Below the pieces are notes generated by a model that had not been told where the DNA came from, did not search any database, and saw only the letters and a program-made list of their open reading frames with translations. A stretch of 63,392 bases of DNA, filler included, from Acidimicrobiia bacterium (GTDB taxonomy: Bacteria > Actinomycetota > Acidimicrobiia > Spongiisociales > JAENVV01): assembly GCA_041577335.1 (NCBI GenBank). It is 6 parts of 6 records of this genome, joined end to end, with 100 filler letters (N's around TTAATTAATTAA, not from the genome) between each part and the next. Parts side by side here need not be neighbours in the genome. Positions count along the whole stretch, not along the records: positions 56,215 to 63,392 come from JBFGJH010000096.1; 5 more parts are not named here. The stretch is one strand, 5' to 3'. Positions 61,101 to 63,392 of the stretch are shown here, in pieces. Every line of letters begins with the position of its first letter. The stretch's first letter is position 1. Made by a program: the position numbers and the translations under genes.

Positions 61101-62039
61101 TCAGACCTTGACAGCGAGCATGCGCTCGACGGCTTGGCGGGCCCGGTCCGCAACGGCGGGATCGACCAGTACTTCGTGCGTCATCGTTTCGAGGCTGCGG
61201 CGGATGTTGTCGAGGGTGATCCGTTTCATGTGCGGGCACAGATTGCACGGAACGATGAATTCGATGTCGGGGTACTCAGCCGAGACGTTGTCGCTCATCG
61301 AGCACTCGGTGACCATCATGACCTGGGCGGGTAGGTTGGCGCCGACCCAGTTGATCATTCCCGATGTCGATCCAACGAAGTCGGCTTCCTCGAGTACGTC
61401 GCCGGGGCACTCGGGATGGGCGATGATCTGCAATTCGGGGTGCGATTTGCGGTAACCCCTGAGCTCGTCTCCAGTGAACCGCTCGTGCACCATGCACGAG
61501 CCCTCCCAGAAGATCAGCTCCTTGTCGGTCTGGGTGGCAACCCAGCCGCCGAGGTACTGATCGGGAATGAAGATCACTCGATCGGTATCGAGCGACTCGA
61601 CCACCTGCACGGCGTTGCCAGAGGTGCAGCACACCGTTGACTCAGCCTTCACCTCGGCCGACGTGTTGACGTACGTCACCACCGGCACGCCCGGAAACTG
61701 CTCCTTGAGGCGCCGCACATCGGCCCCGGTGATGCCTTCCGCCAGGGAGCAGCCCGCCTTGAGATCGGGAATGAGCACCGTCTTGTCGGGATTGGCGATT
61801 TTGGCGGTCTCTGCCATGAAATGCACACCCGCCATCACAATCACCTCGGCGTCGGTTTCCGCAGCCATACGCGCCAAAGCGAGCGAATCACCCTTGAGGT
61901 CGGAGACGAGGTGATAGATGTCGGGCGTCATGTAATTGTGCGCCAGCACGACGGCATTCCGCTCCTGCTTCAGCCGCTCGATGGCAGCAATGACCGGCTC
62001 CTTGATGGCCAATTCGACGTCAGGGATGGCGTACGTCAC
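61101..62039 (-). CDS. nadA: Quinolinate synthase
   Basis: LAHNY, GDSL, GVHFMAE, AGCSLA, YVN, CMVH, HPEC and CPHMK; GTG start with GAGGAG RBS. Confidence 0.96.
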   Translation of the reverse strand: MTYAIPDVELAIKEPVIAAIERLKQERNAVVLAHNYMTPDIYHLVSDLKGDSLALARMAAETDAEVIVMAGVHFMAETAKIANPDKTVLIPDLKAGCSLAEGITGADVRRLKEQFPGVPVVTYVNTSAEVKAESTVCCTSGNAVQVVESLDTDRVIFIPDQYLGGWVATQTDKELIFWEGSCMVHERFTGDELRGYRKSHPELQIIAHPECPGDVLEEADFVGSTSGMINWVGANLPAQVMMVTECSMSDNVSAEYPDIEFIVPCNLCPHMKRITLDNIRRSLETMTHEVLVDPAVADRARQAVERMLAVKV

Positions 62040-62057
62040 AGCGCTCCTCAGATGTTC

Positions 62058-62078
62058 TTTTGCTCTGTATGAGTATAA
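62058..62078. promoter_or_regulatory. NrtR-type operator overlapping the nadA -10
   Basis: 21-bp imperfect palindrome TTATACTCATACAGAGCAAAA (minus strand); nrtR is adjacent. Confidence 0.75.
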
Positions 62079-62101
62079 GTGGAGATACGATCGGGAGTCA
62101 A
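62072..62101 (-). promoter_or_regulatory. Sigma-70-type promoter of nadABC
   Basis: TTGACT (62101-62096), 18-nt spacer, TATACT (62077-62072). Confidence 0.75.
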
Positions 62102-62142
62102 ACTCGCCACGCAAAACGCGTTGCCCCGTGAACTAGGTGCCT

Positions 62143-62184
62143 CACCGTTGCAAAACTGCAACGGTGAACCCGGGGTTCGCCGTT
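62143..62184. repeat. Dispersed copy of the GAACCCnGGGTTC element
   Basis: CACCGTTGCA-AAAC-TGCAACGGTG hairpin fused to GAACCCGGGGTTCGCCG, abutting the nrtR stop. Confidence 0.65.
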
Positions 62185-63096
62185 TTACCAGGGGCGGCCA
62201 ATTCCGGGGCGGGGTTGTTCGCTGGTGACCTCTCTGCGGAATCGGAACAATTCGGCGGGCCGCCCGCCGGTCGATGCCGTTGCCCCGGTGCCCTCCACCA
62301 ATCCAGCCCGTTCGACGAGTCTTCGAAAGTTCTGCTTGTGCAACGGCACTCCGGCCAGCGCTTCCACGACCCGCTGCAGAACGGAGAGCGTGAACTCCTC
62401 GGGGAGCAGCTCGAAGACCACCGGCCGGTAGGTCAGCTTGCCGCGCAGACGTCCCACCGCCGTGGCGATGATTCGGCGGTGATCCGAAGCCATCGCCACC
62501 CCCGGCGGCAGATGGTTCGGAGCGGGGAGGTTTCGGTCGACAAATGACTCAGCCACCAGCCCAGCTTCGTACATGAGCTCATACCGCTCGAGCACACGTA
62601 CGCCATCCCAGGGAAAGTCGGCGGTGGCGAAGGTGCGCCGCATCCGGGCGACCCGGTCTCGATCGGACCCGACCCATGAAGTGAGCCGCGGGACGATGAT
62701 GTCGTCGATGACGCGCGGGCGCCCCGTCCGATGGTCTTCCCATGGGAAGAGGTCGTACCAATCGGTCCAACCGGCCGAAGCAGCCGGATCGGTCTCGGCG
62801 ACAAGACCCAGATAGGCAACCGACAGCATCCGGGCGTCCCCCACCTCGGGACGCCGGCCGGCGTCGCCGAATGTATAGAGCTGCTCGATGTATCCCAGCT
62901 CCAGACCGGTTTGTTCCTCGACCCACCGCCGCACAGCCAACTCGAGGGTCGGATCGGTGTCGGGCTCCAACGGACCTGATGGGAGCCGTGGATACGACTC
63001 TGTCCGAACCGTGAGAACCCTCGGAGTGTCTTCGGTGACGGCGACGATGACGCCGTCCAAGGTCAGGGAAAGCACGAGAGGCAGGCTACCGGTCAC
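62185..63096 (-). CDS. nrtR: NrtR-family NAD regulator (Nudix + winged HTH)
   Basis: EQTGL...EQLYTFGD, DHRRII, LLPEEFTL, HKQNFRR and GGRPAELF; upstream of nadABC. Confidence 0.88.
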   Translation of the reverse strand: MTGSLPLVLSLTLDGVIVAVTEDTPRVLTVRTESYPRLPSGPLEPDTDPTLELAVRRWVEEQTGLELGYIEQLYTFGDAGRRPEVGDARMLSVAYLGLVAETDPAASAGWTDWYDLFPWEDHRTGRPRVIDDIIVPRLTSWVGSDRDRVARMRRTFATADFPWDGVRVLERYELMYEAGLVAESFVDRNLPAPNHLPPGVAMASDHRRIIATAVGRLRGKLTYRPVVFELLPEEFTLSVLQRVVEALAGVPLHKQNFRRLVERAGLVEGTGATASTGGRPAELFRFRREVTSEQPRPGIGRPW

Positions 63097-63212
63097 CGAA
63101 GACCTACGCCCGGCGAAGGCCTACCCGGATGGGGAACCCGTGGCTGCTGCCGATACGTATGCCGAGGCTCACCAGCTTCGCAACGGCGTGCCTCTCAGAA
63201 AAGAGGCACGAA

Positions 63213-63392
63213 TGCGCTTCTCGAACCCGAATGTCCGCCATCAGGCGGACTCTCTCCGACGAAATACGCGGGCGCCGAGAAGCGCTCTGCGCTTCTCGAA
63301 CCCGAATGTCCGCCATCAGGCGGACTCTCTCCGACGAAATACGCGGGCGCCGAGAAGCGCTCTGCGCTTCTCGAACCCGAATGTCCGCCATC
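63213..63392. repeat. Perfect 75-bp tandem repeat, at least 2.4 copies, running off the window
   Basis: Identical units start at 63213, 63288 and 63363; each period contains two hairpins. Confidence 0.92.

Noticed and set aside
63213..63392. CRISPR array, or a coding repeat (ORF 63104-63391, MADIRVREAQ... repeats)
   Set aside because: Units are identical along their whole length with no variable spacers, and no cas genes are in view. The ORF follows from a stop-free 75-bp period and resembles no protein I recognise.

Overview
GC-rich actinobacterial DNA, probably an Acidimicrobiia-like draft genome or MAG (inferred from AACG-lipobox Thr-rich lipoproteins, an F420-dependent LLM enzyme, ppgK and leaderless genes). 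The window is six contigs joined by five artificial 100-nt N/TTAATTAATTAA spacers. The four complete internal contigs decrease in length, so adjacency across spacers is not biological. Contig 1: inositol catabolism and uptake (iolB, iolG-like, iolE, sugar ABC, atypical transaldolase, HpcH aldolase), with four copies of the LacI-type palindrome TGGAACGTTCCA. Contig 2: a CxxCH fragment, P-type ATPase, tandem ATP-type and PPi-type phosphofructokinases, LLM oxidoreductase, M1 aminopeptidase, PAP2, ppgK and the hflX 3' part. Contig 3: corrinoid-dependent methylamine/betaine demethylation cluster, divergent from a dimethylglycine dehydrogenase-like gene and etfB. Contig 4: tryptophanase between modular palindromic repeats, BMP-type ABC transporter, clpC. 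Contig 5: mscL, yyaL, ctaA, cbs-metB, malic enzyme, a candidate small RNA/14-aa peptide unit with a 16-nt complement to the 16S 3' end, tRNA-Sec and the hflX 5' part. Contig 6: AbiEi/DUF559-like fragment with short palindromic repeats, mdh, nadABC with nrtR and its operator, and a 75-bp tandem repeat. The best novelty candidates are the extended-SD small unit, the transaldolase-linked inositol regulon and the stop-codon-abutting structured repeat families. All family calls come from motif recognition by eye; no database searches were run.
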